NCBI GenBank assembly: GCA_016181005.1
Contig: JACPAE010000002.1
Coordinates: forward strand, 123,682 to 187,681
Direction: 5' to 3'
Origin: Candidatus Aenigmatarchaeota archaeon
GTDB taxonomy: Archaea > Aenigmatarchaeota > Aenigmatarchaeia > CG10238-14 > SCSR01
DNA length: 64,000 nucleotides
Below the pieces are notes generated by a model, which was given only the letters and a program-made list of their open reading frames with translations, was not told the DNA's origin and searched no databases. Below are positions 29,030 to 39,401 of this stretch, piece by piece (positions within the stretch are counted from its first letter, which is position 1; each line of letters starts with the position of its first letter). The position numbers were made by a program, and so were the translations under genes.

Positions 29030-30172
29030 CTACCTACCGAAAACTATCGAGACTACATCCCTATGCTTTAATTTATGGTCGGCGGCCAGCCGCATTTTTG
29101 TCCTTGTATCAATGCCTGTAACAAATTTTTCTCCCAGCTGTGTGTGGACTTTGAATGCAAATTCCTTGACTGTAGCTCCATTAGGTACAAGGAATGCATC
29201 GGGCAAAACATTTCCATCCTTATCAGTCAACTTGTTGGCATCGGCCACAGGATAAACTGCAATATAGTTTAGAACATCGAAGACTGCCTTATTCAAGCAT
29301 TCCTGCACTCCAGTTGAACCAAATCTGTCCAACACTTCCCTTTGTATGAATTCCAGCGCTTTTTTCCTTCCTTCGTCCAAGTCGCCAATTACGTGGAAAT
29401 CGTTACCATGATAATACACCAATTTCTTTTCGTGCGCCTTCTTTAATGCAACTTCCGATTCTGCACTTGTTGGAATTACTAGCTTGTGAGGTTGTTTCAA
29501 CTTTTCCAAGTTTTCTTGAGCTGGAGGCAAATCAATTTTGTTAGCCGCAATGATTATGGGCTTGGACAGTTCCCTTAAGATTTTGGAGAATTTCTCTATG
29601 TCATTCAACGAACTTCTTTCAAGTGTTTGGGAAATTTGCTCTTTCGTAACTTCCAATCCGCTCAACTTTTCATGAAGCAAGTTGATTAAATCTGCTTTGG
29701 AAGACGGCAGCTTTAGTTTCTCAAGATTTCTCTTAACCACATACTCAAACCAATAATTTATCTCATCTTCAAGAAATTCTATCTCCTTTCTAGGATCAAA
29801 ATTTTCTGTAGGCTTTCCCTCTGCGTCCGTAAGCCCGGAAGCGTCGACAATTTGAATTAAGACTGATGCTTGTCTAATTTCATCAAGAAATTTATTTCCT
29901 AGTCCCCTCCCAGCATGTGAACCCGGAATTAATCCGCCTACATCAACAAGCTTAACAGGAACGAATCTTTTCCCATCTTTGCAATGCCCATGCTTAGGCT
30001 TGCATGTTAAATTGAAATCTTTGCAAACGCAATCGATTGTCGCATAACCTATTCCTGCGTTGGGTTCTATGGTTGTGAATGGCACTGGTGAAGTTTTTAC
30101 ATCTATCATCGTCGCGGCTTTGAAGAAACTTGATTTCCCTGAACTAGGCTTGCCTACCAATCCAATTATCAT
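29030..30172 (-). CDS. ychF: YchF-family ATPase/GTPase with TGS domain
   Basis: GKPSSGKS, PFTTIEPN, GRGLGNKFL, ANKID. Confidence 0.94.
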   Translation of the reverse strand: MIIGLVGKPSSGKSSFFKAATMIDVKTSPVPFTTIEPNAGIGYATIDCVCKDFNLTCKPKHGHCKDGKRFVPVKLVDVGGLIPGSHAGRGLGNKFLDEIRQASVLIQIVDASGLTDAEGKPTENFDPRKEIEFLEDEINYWFEYVVKRNLEKLKLPSSKADLINLLHEKLSGLEVTKEQISQTLERSSLNDIEKFSKILRELSKPIIIAANKIDLPPAQENLEKLKQPHKLVIPTSAESEVALKKAHEKKLVYYHGNDFHVIGDLDEGRKKALEFIQREVLDRFGSTGVQECLNKAVFDVLNYIAVYPVADANKLTDKDGNVLPDAFLVPNGATVKEFAFKVHTQLGEKFVTGIDTRTKMRLAADHKLKHRDVVSIVFGR

Positions 30173-30195
30173 AAATAAACTAAGGTGTTAAAGAA

Positions 30196-30474
30196 TTAAC
30201 TTTTAGCTATCATGTAGATTTCCCTTAGCATCCTTTCCATGTTCTGTATCCTCTGGTCCAACGCCTGATATTCGAGCTTTATGCTCTCCACCTGAGCCAT
30301 CATCATGTCTATCTTCGCCTTTAGGTTCTCCATCGAAGTATCAATCGCTTTCGGCTGCATGGCTTGTGCCGGCAAAGTTTCCTGTGGCAATTGCTCTTCC
30401 TTTTCCTTGCGCCTTCCGAAAATCAGCCTGAATGGAAAAACTATTATGTTTCCTACGATGCCTAATATGCCCAT
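30196..30474 (-). CDS. Small coiled-coil protein with amphipathic N-terminus
   Basis: Heptads LKAKIDMMMAQVESIKLEYQALDQRIQNMERML; operonic. Confidence 0.75.
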   Translation of the reverse strand: MGILGIVGNIIVFPFRLIFGRRKEKEEQLPQETLPAQAMQPKAIDTSMENLKAKIDMMMAQVESIKLEYQALDQRIQNMERMLREIYMIAKS

Positions 30475-30478
30475 TAAA

Positions 30479-30994
30479 TCACCTTGCCACTACCTCTGGC
30501 GATATTCCCAACGCCTTTCGTATCTCCCCTGACAAATCTCCTGCTTTAATCCTGCATTCCTGCAGTAAGTTCCGCCTTACATCATTGTACAAAGTCCTGA
30601 AATAAAGCCAGCGCAGGGACTTGTAAATCCCGCTTTTCTGGATTATTGTGTTGCTTGGGGACTCTGTCCTTAGAATGCCTCTGATGATAATCGAGACTTC
30701 CCCTTCCTTGTTCGGATCCGTCGGCTGCTTGCCCTGCATTATCAGCTCGGAATAGATCTTTGACCAGTTGTCGTAAGTTTTCCTTATGACAAACCTGGAA
30801 AAAAACGGTATAGGTTCGGATGTTATGTCCCATCTGAATTCCCTTTCCCACACGTCCTTTCCTCTGATGTCCCATATGGCCCTAAGCAGCTGAGGCACCA
30901 CGCTGTAAAGCCTGAAAGGGTTGGGGCCTCTGTAGTCTATTCTTATCTGCCTGTCCGGCACCAGGCAATCGTCCTCTAAAATCCAACTGGCCAT
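30479..30994 (-). CDS. Hypothetical protein, paralog of 30999-31526
   Basis: DCLVP..YRGPNP..EREFRWD..IRGILRTE.P. Confidence 0.8.
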   Translation of the reverse strand: MASWILEDDCLVPDRQIRIDYRGPNPFRLYSVVPQLLRAIWDIRGKDVWEREFRWDITSEPIPFFSRFVIRKTYDNWSKIYSELIMQGKQPTDPNKEGEVSIIIRGILRTESPSNTIIQKSGIYKSLRWLYFRTLYNDVRRNLLQECRIKAGDLSGEIRKALGISPEVVAR

Positions 30995-30998
30995 TAAA

Positions 30999-31526
30999 TC
31001 ACGTTTGCGGTAGGAGATTGAAGAACTGCTTCAGCTCGTCGCCGAATTGCAGCAGAAGCCCCCTGCATTCTTCAACATACTTTTTCCTTATGCCCTGATA
31101 AATCAGCTTGTGGTACATTGTCCGGAACATCTCGTATAGCAGGCTTCTCTGCCAGACAGTATCTTGAGGGTACTCTGTCCTTATCTTCCCTTCAAAGCTG
31201 ATCTTTACCGAGCCTTCCTTGCCGAACTCCTTGCTCGGGTGCGCGGTGCCGTCAATAATTACTGTGATGTCCTGGAAAGTGAACGTGTCCAAGTCCTTGA
31301 TTGTCTCGAACCTGACATGGAAGCTTTCCCCCCCAGCCACCCTGTCCCATCTGAATTCCCTTTCCTGGATTTCCTTTTCTGTTATGCCGAACAAGGTTGT
31401 GAATATCTTGCGGATGTATTCGTAGGTACGCTGCGGATTCGGGCCTGTGTACTCTAGAGTGGCCACCGGCCTTGGTATCAGGCAATAGTCATGAATCAAT
31501 ATTCTTGCTCTGGCGAATACTGGCAA
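30999..31526 (-). CDS. Hypothetical protein, paralog of 30479-30994
   Basis: YCLIP..YTGPNP..EREFRWD..FEGKIRTEYP. Confidence 0.8.
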   Translation of the reverse strand: MPVFARARILIHDYCLIPRPVATLEYTGPNPQRTYEYIRKIFTTLFGITEKEIQEREFRWDRVAGGESFHVRFETIKDLDTFTFQDITVIIDGTAHPSKEFGKEGSVKISFEGKIRTEYPQDTVWQRSLLYEMFRTMYHKLIYQGIRKKYVEECRGLLLQFGDELKQFFNLLPQT

Positions 31527-31571
31527 ACAATCACTAATAAGATATGTAAATTTAAAAGTATAAAGTATATT

Positions 31572-31754
31572 ATGGTGCTTTCGGAGCTTGCCGGCTGGGG
31601 TCTTATTGTCTTGGGTCTGTTCTTCATAATAGCGTTTCCCGGCATCCAGTCAGGCTTTGGGAGGGGCTACATGCCAGACGAGTTTGCGAATATGATAATT
31701 CTGATTGGCTTGATTCTCCTTGGTGTGGGAATCTTCTTGGTAGTTAAAACTTAA
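31572..31754 (+). CDS. Small two-TM membrane protein
   Basis: MVLSELAGWGLIVLGLFFIIAFP...IILIGLILLGVGIFLVV. Confidence 0.7.
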   Translation: MVLSELAGWGLIVLGLFFIIAFPGIQSGFGRGYMPDEFANMIILIGLILLGVGIFLVVKT

Positions 31755-31778
31755 TCTGGAGAAAAACGAAATAGTATT

Positions 31779-33542
31779 ATGTCGAATGTTGTCAAAACGG
31801 AGATTTACAACGAAGAGCCGGGCATGGGCTTGAACGCCAACCCGTTCGAAGGCGAGATGTATATTGATCTTACAGGCCCTATGGGCTCTATGAGCGGCTT
31901 GTACTACGGGCTTATTTTCCAGCTGCGTAAAGTCGGCTTTGAGACTCTTAAGATAGAAGAATGGATACAAGTTCCTCCGGTATTCAAGCAGTACTACGAT
32001 TTGACCATACACCAGAAGGAGCAGCTTGAAGCGCAGATAAAGGCCGGCCTAGGGCAGATTGCCACAGCCATTCATGACTATGACCTGATTTCGCACGACC
32101 TGAGAAAGTACAGGGAATACATGGATTACTTTACAAAAATCGAGAAGGGAAAGAAGATGATGATGTCTAAAAAGAAGCTGGAGAAGGACGAGGGAGAGCA
32201 GATGGCCAAGGAGGGTACGCAACTGCTGAGATCGGTTTTTGTCGACCAAGTTGACGCGCATACCGGAGAAGGCATTGCCATCAGGACAATCACTCCCAGA
32301 TGGCCCACAATAATTGTCGACTTTATGAGGTTGGACGACAAGGATACAGACCCGAAGAAGATTGCACAAAGGCATGGTTTCACAGAAGCCGAGGGCGCTG
32401 TGCTTTCGACCAAGAACAAGCTTTTCATGGAATGGAGGGACAGGCTGTTCAAACCCACTCTGCAGGAAAGGTTCCAGAATGTCAGAAGGCTTGTGGAGAT
32501 GAGAAGGGCTTCTGTAAGGCAGTATACGGAAATGATCAAACCTACGATAGCAAGGTATAGGATGATTGATGATGCGCTTCGAACTCCTAGTGCTAGAGGT
32601 TTTCATACAAGATTTCTTTTTCCGCCTGGCTCGCAGGCTTACTCACTTGACATGACGAGAATTTGGGCATTCCTTCCGTTCGCACCTGCAGAAAAATACA
32701 AGGTAACACGGGATTTTTTTGACACTGTGACCCTGTCTGAGGCAGGATTCAACAAAAGAGACATAGAGATTCTTGCAAAAAATGGCGTGGATGTCAAAGA
32801 AACTCTACCGGCTTTGCCGGTTGAAAGGTCTATAGACGATATTGTCAGAAGATATATGCCAAACGTGCAGAAAACTTATAATGTGGAAATATCGATACAT
32901 GACGTGTACCTGGCTCGACAGCGGTTGTCGAACATCTACAGGACAAAGGCCATGCAAATGATTGGCGGTGTGCCGCGAAGGGAGAGTTTGCCAACAATGG
33001 CAGGTGGCTCCTGGCCGTTCAGCCCTTACTTCGTCTTCCTGGACATACCTTTCCTGAGAAATGTCATCAGGCTTCCTAACGGCACAGAACTGGAGGATAT
33101 GATGGTTGACACCATAACAGTGCAGACAAGGAGCCAGAATGTCATGATCGTGACCATACTGGAAATGATTGCAAAGGAAAAGGAGCTGGAGAACTACATC
33201 AAACAGCTTTTAGGAGAGTTTGGGGGGCCGGATTTGAATCTGAAGAGCATCGAGGAACTTGTAAAGGAGGAGTATCCGGAAATGTTCGGCGGCGAGGAAA
33301 AAAAGGAGCGGAAAGAGGGGAAAGATTTGCTGGAGCCAGTTAAAAAAGTTCAACATGCTTTAGGCGACGTATTAAGCTCTTTAGGATTAAAGTTTGACGT
33401 TTTGCGGGCACGCGGACCCTACGAGTTTGCGATGGACGACAGGATTGCAGAGATGTTCCAAGTCGAGTCGATGGTTCAAGGCTATCTTTATGTTTTGCGG
33501 TATCTTCAGCAAGGCGTAAAAGTTCCTGGTATAAGGATTTAG
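31779..33542 (+). CDS. Large helical hypothetical protein
   Basis: 587-aa ORF adjacent to the next gene; no motif recognised. Confidence 0.8.
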   Translation: MSNVVKTEIYNEEPGMGLNANPFEGEMYIDLTGPMGSMSGLYYGLIFQLRKVGFETLKIEEWIQVPPVFKQYYDLTIHQKEQLEAQIKAGLGQIATAIHDYDLISHDLRKYREYMDYFTKIEKGKKMMMSKKKLEKDEGEQMAKEGTQLLRSVFVDQVDAHTGEGIAIRTITPRWPTIIVDFMRLDDKDTDPKKIAQRHGFTEAEGAVLSTKNKLFMEWRDRLFKPTLQERFQNVRRLVEMRRASVRQYTEMIKPTIARYRMIDDALRTPSARGFHTRFLFPPGSQAYSLDMTRIWAFLPFAPAEKYKVTRDFFDTVTLSEAGFNKRDIEILAKNGVDVKETLPALPVERSIDDIVRRYMPNVQKTYNVEISIHDVYLARQRLSNIYRTKAMQMIGGVPRRESLPTMAGGSWPFSPYFVFLDIPFLRNVIRLPNGTELEDMMVDTITVQTRSQNVMIVTILEMIAKEKELENYIKQLLGEFGGPDLNLKSIEELVKEEYPEMFGGEEKKERKEGKDLLEPVKKVQHALGDVLSSLGLKFDVLRARGPYEFAMDDRIAEMFQVESMVQGYLYVLRYLQQGVKVPGIRI

Positions 33543-33543
33543 T

Positions 33544-35370
33544 ATGGTATATCATCTTACAGTTTCAAGCGGCTTGGGAAGCATAGGAAGGGATCCCAAC
33601 TTGATGGGTCTTGGGAAGAAGATTCCGTCTATTCTTACTTACGGAGTTAATGTCGTGCAGGCGGACATGGAGACTTTTACATCCGCCGAATTGTTCGAGC
33701 CTGAGGTCGAGAACCTTGTGAAAAGGTTTGTAGATGATTTGGGCATTAAATGGGTTATGCACGGGGAGATAGGGCAGACTGTAGCTTTCGAAACAGCATT
33801 GCAGCAAGTTTGGAGGCAGGCACACAGGAGATTGCACCAGTACATGGACGCGATGTATGACAAGTTTGGCAAGCCGAAGAACATGAGCAAGTATCTGCCT
33901 GGTTATATTGACTTTCACATTTCAAACATGATGTCGATTGGATATTTTGCCGAGAGGTATCGATTGGCTGGAATTCCTATGCTGGATTTCAAGGGAAGAA
34001 ATTCTTGGATAGATTTGTTAAATGAAACTCCAGAATTGAAAGACTGGTTTAGAAACGAAGGTATGTTATATTTGGTTTACGGTCGTGAGATACCTGTTGT
34101 AGTAACTAGCGTCGACCAAATCAGAAATAGGGCATCACAGGAAGTTTTGATGAGGAAAATTGAGGAGCTAAGTGCCAGGCCTGAAGTTCGCGAAAGAGTT
34201 GTAAGAGATTATATTCAAAGGTATGGTCGGCCGCCGGATGAAAGAAACATGAGGGATGCGATTGGTAATTTACCGGAAGCCCAACCGACAGACGAGGAAA
34301 TAAAAACTCAAGTTTATGACGAATGGTCTGGAGCGACTGCAACTAGATACGTCAGAGGAGCGATTACTGACGAGGAAATCGCTTATGTGCTTATAGCAAA
34401 ATATCTAGAGTTCAAAAAAAATGATCCTAAGGAGCCCCTGTGGAAGATGTACTTTCAGGATAGGTCAATGAAGGATCTGGAAGAAAAATGGGCGCCTAAA
34501 AAACTTGTGAATACTGTTACCGGTGAAATTTATCTTGATCCAGAAATTGTTGCTATGGTTGCAAGCAGATATGTGCTTGGGCATTTTGAAGCTGACCCGC
34601 TGAAGGAGTATACAGCTGAGATGATAAAGAAGAATCCGGGAAGGGAAGGAGATTCCTTCTATGAAAAGAGTGCGATTGACAAGCTGAAAATCATAAAGGT
34701 GCAGTTGGTTTTCGAAAACCCTGAATTAAGCGAAGGGCAGATAGAAGGCCTGCAGAGAATCATACGTGCGGAGCACATGTATTATTTTGCCAAGGCGGCT
34801 GAACAAGTATTCAAAACAGACCTGCTAAAGATTCTGATAGATCTCAATCACTGGCTGCATAATGCGATAGATCCGGCAAAAGAATTTGAGCAGATGAAGA
34901 AAGGAGGGCATGATTTTGGAAAGTATGTGAGGGCCGTTCACATTTACGAGCCGTTGCCCATACACCACCATAACCCGTTTGAGATCCCTTCAGACCAGCA
35001 GTTCAAGATATACAAATGGCTTTTTCAACTCAGAGGACTGGGGTTCAAAGAAGGCTATCTTGTTTTCGAACGCGGCGGCGGCCAGAATCCTTTTGAAATA
35101 ACCAGGACCGCCGTGCTTGCATTAAGGCAGATAATCGAGAACTTGGATAAAGGAATTGACCCACAGAAGCTGCCGATATCTTTCTACGGCATCTCGCCAG
35201 AAGGAATCCTGTCCGAGCAGAGGCAGAGGGTTATTATGGTCGAGCATGCAAGGGATCCTTTGCAGGGGCTGATTATCGCACCTGAAGAGCAACATACTGC
35301 ACTGGGCAAGGAAGCCCTGGCAAAGCCGGGTATGACGCCTGAAAAGTGGAAGAAGGAAGAGCTGAGATGA
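33544..35370 (+). CDS. Xylose isomerase/AP-endonuclease-2-like TIM barrel with large insertion
   Basis: Metal-ligand motifs VMHGE, DFHIS, VFENP, IDLNH, VHIYE, HHH.P, VFERG. Confidence 0.7.
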   Translation: MVYHLTVSSGLGSIGRDPNLMGLGKKIPSILTYGVNVVQADMETFTSAELFEPEVENLVKRFVDDLGIKWVMHGEIGQTVAFETALQQVWRQAHRRLHQYMDAMYDKFGKPKNMSKYLPGYIDFHISNMMSIGYFAERYRLAGIPMLDFKGRNSWIDLLNETPELKDWFRNEGMLYLVYGREIPVVVTSVDQIRNRASQEVLMRKIEELSARPEVRERVVRDYIQRYGRPPDERNMRDAIGNLPEAQPTDEEIKTQVYDEWSGATATRYVRGAITDEEIAYVLIAKYLEFKKNDPKEPLWKMYFQDRSMKDLEEKWAPKKLVNTVTGEIYLDPEIVAMVASRYVLGHFEADPLKEYTAEMIKKNPGREGDSFYEKSAIDKLKIIKVQLVFENPELSEGQIEGLQRIIRAEHMYYFAKAAEQVFKTDLLKILIDLNHWLHNAIDPAKEFEQMKKGGHDFGKYVRAVHIYEPLPIHHHNPFEIPSDQQFKIYKWLFQLRGLGFKEGYLVFERGGGQNPFEITRTAVLALRQIIENLDKGIDPQKLPISFYGISPEGILSEQRQRVIMVEHARDPLQGLIIAPEEQHTALGKEALAKPGMTPEKWKKEELR

Positions 35371-35545
35371 TCTGACCCTATTCTATCTCGTACTTCTCAA
35401 ACAGCCTGTCTATAAGTTCTGTGATTGTATCCTGTAAAGCCGTTTTATCAAATCCTATGATAAGCGTATAATTATAAAAGATTTCTATAGTTTACCACTT
35501 CCAAGTGACAGTAACCTTTATATACAACCAAGTTAAGAGATATTT

Positions 35546-36403
35546 ATGTCTTTCGACAGGTTGGAACAGGAGCTGGAAGACGTGGAGCTTGCCAAAAAGC
35601 AGGCGCAGCAAAAACCTCACCCGGCGTTGGCGGACCAAAAGGAAGTTATAGAAAAGGTTGTCAATTACACGAACGCCATCAGGAAGCAGTACGGGGAATT
35701 GATCAAGTCTGTTCTTATTTTCGGCTCTGTCGTCAAGGGCACGACGGTTAAAGGCTCTGATGTTGACGTCTGGATAATAGTAGATGACACGGCAACAAAA
35801 GCCAGTGACGACCTCAACAGGGTTATAGACCATCTTTATTTGATAGCAAGCGAAACAAAGGACCTGCACATACAAGTGCACACTCTGACAGAATTCTGGC
35901 AGTCGATTAGAATTGGTTCACCCGAGTTTTCCAACTTTTTGAGATACGGGCTGACAATTTACGACACAGGCTTTATGAAGCCCATACAGAGAATGCTTCA
36001 GATGGGGTTGATTCCTCCCAGCGACGAGACGGTGAGCTTGAAGACACGTGCAGCAAGCACTAGGTACAAGAAGATAAAGCTTGACATCAAAGCGATGGTT
36101 TTCGAGCTGAGATACACTGCTTTGGATATTGTCCAGGCGGTTGTCATGTACCACTACAAGGAAACCCCTGACTACAAGAAGGCTCCGGAATTTCTGGAAA
36201 GGATGGTCAAGGAAAAGAAGCTGGAGCCGGAATATGTCGACAAGTTTATAGAGCTTGACAAGCTCTGGAAGGACATAGACCATGGCGATATAAAGGAAGT
36301 TGCGACCCAGCACTTGGAGCATGCATTGCAACTGGCGAAAGCTATAATTGACAGGATGAAGAAGTTATTGCCAAGAGATTTTGTCGGCGAAGAGAGCATG
36401 TGA
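35546..36403 (+). CDS. Pol-beta-type nucleotidyltransferase with HEPN-like domain
   Basis: IFGS..SDVDVWIIVDD; helical C-domain with degenerate WKDIDH. Confidence 0.85.
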   Translation: MSFDRLEQELEDVELAKKQAQQKPHPALADQKEVIEKVVNYTNAIRKQYGELIKSVLIFGSVVKGTTVKGSDVDVWIIVDDTATKASDDLNRVIDHLYLIASETKDLHIQVHTLTEFWQSIRIGSPEFSNFLRYGLTIYDTGFMKPIQRMLQMGLIPPSDETVSLKTRAASTRYKKIKLDIKAMVFELRYTALDIVQAVVMYHYKETPDYKKAPEFLERMVKEKKLEPEYVDKFIELDKLWKDIDHGDIKEVATQHLEHALQLAKAIIDRMKKLLPRDFVGEESM

Positions 36404-37653
36404 GTTCAATGGAAAGAGAAAAAGCTAGGCCAGAAGCTCCCAACGTCCAAATTCCGGACACGGCGCCGAAACTGGAGACAAAGGAACAGAGAATTGAGAC
36501 TGTAAAGAAGTATGCAAAAAAAGTGCTGGAAAAGTACGGACAGTACATTAAGGCTATTGTAATGATGGGTTCTGTTGTAAGGGAAGAGTTCAAGCCGAAA
36601 AGCGATATTGACGTTTTCATTGTTGTTGACGACGCGACTTTCAACCTGACTAACGAGATGCTTGACAAGATGGATGCCGACCTGTTCAAGATGGTAAACG
36701 AGATACCGGAAGTTTGGATAGACGTGAAGAACGAGTTGGGCAAGGATGAGAAAATTTGCCTGCTCTCGATACAGCCTGTGTACACTCTGACAGAATTCTG
36801 GGATTATGCAAGAGTTGCTCATCCGATAATTTACAATTTCATCAAGGAAGGTGTCCCTGTTTATGACACAGGATTCTTCACGCCGATTAAAAGGCTGTTG
36901 GACATGGGGAAGATCCCTGCTACAAGGGAGGCTATAGAAAGCTACATGGAAGGCGCACCGAAGAAGTTGAACAGGGCAAAGACTGTAAAGCTGCTGATGC
37001 TTGCAGAAGATTGCTATTATGCAATGCTTAATGCCTCGCAAGCCGTGCTGATGTTTATGGGTTTGTCTCCGCCGGTTCCAAGCAAGGCATATGACGAACT
37101 AACAACGCATCTGGTAAAGCCTGGCATTCTAGACAAGCAGTATGCTGAATGGCTGAAGGAGATTATTGAGATTAGAAAGAAGATAGAGCACAAGGAATTG
37201 ATGGACGTCTCTGGTGCTTTTGTCGACGAGTGGATAGACAAGGCTGAGAAATTTGTTGACAAGATGTTTGGCCTGTTGAATGCACTGGAGGTCAGGAAGA
37301 AGGAGAAGGTTCTTGAGAGGACGCATGAAGTGATGTACAAGGCCGCAATTACTGCATTGAAGAGCTTGAAGAAGATGCCAGAGAACACAAGGGAGGAGGA
37401 AGTTTTGAGATCTGTCGGAGATTTGACGAAAGCTTTCAGGAAAGAATTTATTGACTCCAAGCTATTGGAAACCTATTATGCCGACGTGTGGGATAGAATT
37501 GAGAAAATGAAGGCACTGCACGACGAGAAGAAGATAATGGAGATTCCAGACAGGGATGTTTATGAGATGAGGGAGCATGTGAGGAAGCTCATCAGGGACT
37601 TGGCTAAAGTTTTGAAAGACAAGGGCTTTGCACAAGAAGACAAGATGGAATAA
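36400..37653 (+). CDS. Pol-beta-type nucleotidyltransferase with HEPN domain (Rx4H intact) and helical extension
   Basis: MMGS..SDIDVFIVVDD; YYAMLNASQAVL; RKKIEH. Confidence 0.87.
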   Translation: MSSMEREKARPEAPNVQIPDTAPKLETKEQRIETVKKYAKKVLEKYGQYIKAIVMMGSVVREEFKPKSDIDVFIVVDDATFNLTNEMLDKMDADLFKMVNEIPEVWIDVKNELGKDEKICLLSIQPVYTLTEFWDYARVAHPIIYNFIKEGVPVYDTGFFTPIKRLLDMGKIPATREAIESYMEGAPKKLNRAKTVKLLMLAEDCYYAMLNASQAVLMFMGLSPPVPSKAYDELTTHLVKPGILDKQYAEWLKEIIEIRKKIEHKELMDVSGAFVDEWIDKAEKFVDKMFGLLNALEVRKKEKVLERTHEVMYKAAITALKSLKKMPENTREEEVLRSVGDLTKAFRKEFIDSKLLETYYADVWDRIEKMKALHDEKKIMEIPDRDVYEMREHVRKLIRDLAKVLKDKGFAQEDKME

Positions 37654-37686
37654 ATTTAATAACAACAATTACGGAATAGATAACTT

Positions 37687-38484
37687 ATGCCAATCAAGTT
37701 CGGTTTGCTTACGAATCCTCAGATAAACATAATTCAGGAAATAAAGACGATAAAGGACATTGGAGTTGACTACGTCGAGGTTGGTATAGAATGGCCAGGA
37801 GGTTCTACTGATTTCATCATCGAAAACAAGGACATTATCATTAATCTTCTTGGGCAGTTCAAGCATCCTCCTGTAGGGCACACCGCATGGTGGATTGACC
37901 TGGGAAATATTTACGAAATTGTAAGGAAAAGCTGGGTTGAGGAGGCAAAAAGGGCTGTGGATGCCGCAAAAGCACTCAAGCTAACGACTGTGAACTTCCA
38001 TTTCTATTCTTCCAGGATAACCGAGACCTACAAAGACTATCACAAGGAAATGCTGGACAACATAGTAAAGAGCTTGAAGGAAGTAGTGACTTACGCGAAG
38101 AAATACAAGATAACTGTGATGTATGAGAATGCGCCTTTGAAAAAGGAGGTTGTGGGCATAAAGGAATACAAGTATGTTATCGACAAGGTTCCTGGCTTGA
38201 AGGTCCATCTTGACATCGGGCATGCTTTTGTGGAGAATGGAATGAAGGGCATCAAATCCTATTTAGCCACCTTTGGAAGCAAATTGCACCACATCCATAT
38301 TCATGACAATAGCGGTGAAGGCGATGAGCATCTGCCGCTGGGTGACGGTGGCATTAACTTCAGGCAAGTGGCAAGGTGGCTGAAAGAAATCAAGTACGAC
38401 AGAACTCTAACGTTTGAAGTCTTTACAAGCAAGCAAGATGCAAAAGAGTCTATACTGCGCTTCAAGGAATTGCTACCTAAATAG
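37687..38484 (+). CDS. Sugar-phosphate isomerase/epimerase family TIM barrel
   Basis: YVEVG, GHT, YEN, LDIGHA, HIHIHDN, DEHLPLG, TFE. Confidence 0.9.
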   Translation: MPIKFGLLTNPQINIIQEIKTIKDIGVDYVEVGIEWPGGSTDFIIENKDIIINLLGQFKHPPVGHTAWWIDLGNIYEIVRKSWVEEAKRAVDAAKALKLTTVNFHFYSSRITETYKDYHKEMLDNIVKSLKEVVTYAKKYKITVMYENAPLKKEVVGIKEYKYVIDKVPGLKVHLDIGHAFVENGMKGIKSYLATFGSKLHHIHIHDNSGEGDEHLPLGDGGINFRQVARWLKEIKYDRTLTFEVFTSKQDAKESILRFKELLPK

Positions 38485-38772
38485 GTACACGACACCTTTC
38501 TGGGCCAGGAAAATTATTGAGACCATGTTTAATATAGAATTAGAAAACATTCCTGTTACTGGAAAAATAAGATATATGCCAGATATTGCATCCAGAATGC
38601 TAAGAGGATTTCTTTTGAACAATGCAAAGGAAATGCCTTTAATTACGAAATACGCAACAGCAAACAAAGAGGCTGAACTCGGCAACAAACTAAAATACAA
38701 ATGAAGAATAATAATCGAAACTGCAATCAGCTGCGCTATTCCTGTTATTTTGTGTTCGACGCCCATGTTCAT
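38473..38772 (-). CDS. Small membrane protein
   Basis: Hydrophobic 99-aa ORF overlapping both neighbours. Confidence 0.6.
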   Translation of the reverse strand: MNMGVEHKITGIAQLIAVSIIILHLYFSLLPSSASLFAVAYFVIKGISFALFKRNPLSILDAISGIYLIFPVTGMFSNSILNMVSIIFLAQKGVVYLFR

Positions 38773-39305
38773 CTAGATATCCATTCTTTTTCTTTTACAT
38801 TCTCGGATTTATTTGCATGTCTGGCGAGGGTGAACAATAAATCAGACAACCTGTTAACATAAGGAATTATATTTTCGTCTAGTTGTTTTTGTTTTGACAA
38901 CGAAACTATGCTGCGCTCCGCCCTTCTGCAGATTGTCCTTGCAACTTGAAGCAATGAAGCAGTCTGGCTTCCGCCAGGCAAAATGAAATGCCTTAATTCT
39001 TGCAAATCTTTTTCAAATTTCTGAATATTTTCTTCGAGGAATTTTATATTATCTTTTGTTAACTGTGGTAATCTTGAATTCTCGGTAGAAGCTAATTGCG
39101 AGCCAAGAACAAACAAGTCTTCTTGGATTTTTTCCAAAAGTGAATCAATTTCTTCGTGTTTGTTAACTGCGCGGATTAATCCGACATAAGAGTTAAGTTC
39201 GTCCACATCTCCATAAGCTTGGACTTGGCATTCATCTTTACTGACTTTCTTGCCGCCGAATAAGGAAGTTTCGCCTTTGTCGCCTTGGCCTATGTTTGGC
39301 TTCAT
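38769..39305 (-). CDS. PduO-type ATP:cob(I)alamin adenosyltransferase
   Basis: GDKGETSL, YGDVDELNS, FILPGG, RTICRRAER, NRLSD. Confidence 0.93.
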   Translation of the reverse strand: MKPNIGQGDKGETSLFGGKKVSKDECQVQAYGDVDELNSYVGLIRAVNKHEEIDSLLEKIQEDLFVLGSQLASTENSRLPQLTKDNIKFLEENIQKFEKDLQELRHFILPGGSQTASLLQVARTICRRAERSIVSLSKQKQLDENIIPYVNRLSDLLFTLARHANKSENVKEKEWISR

Positions 39306-39401
39306 AAAAATGAATGTTATTGTTAAAATAATAAGGTTAAGAAGGTTCTGTATTTAAAATTAACTTTGAGATTAATATTTTGAATTGTAAGTAAAATATA
39401 T

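Noticed and set aside
35378-35490. Minus-strand protein-like fragment (IGFDKTALQDTITELIDRLFEKYEIE)
   Set aside because: No convincing start or recognisable family
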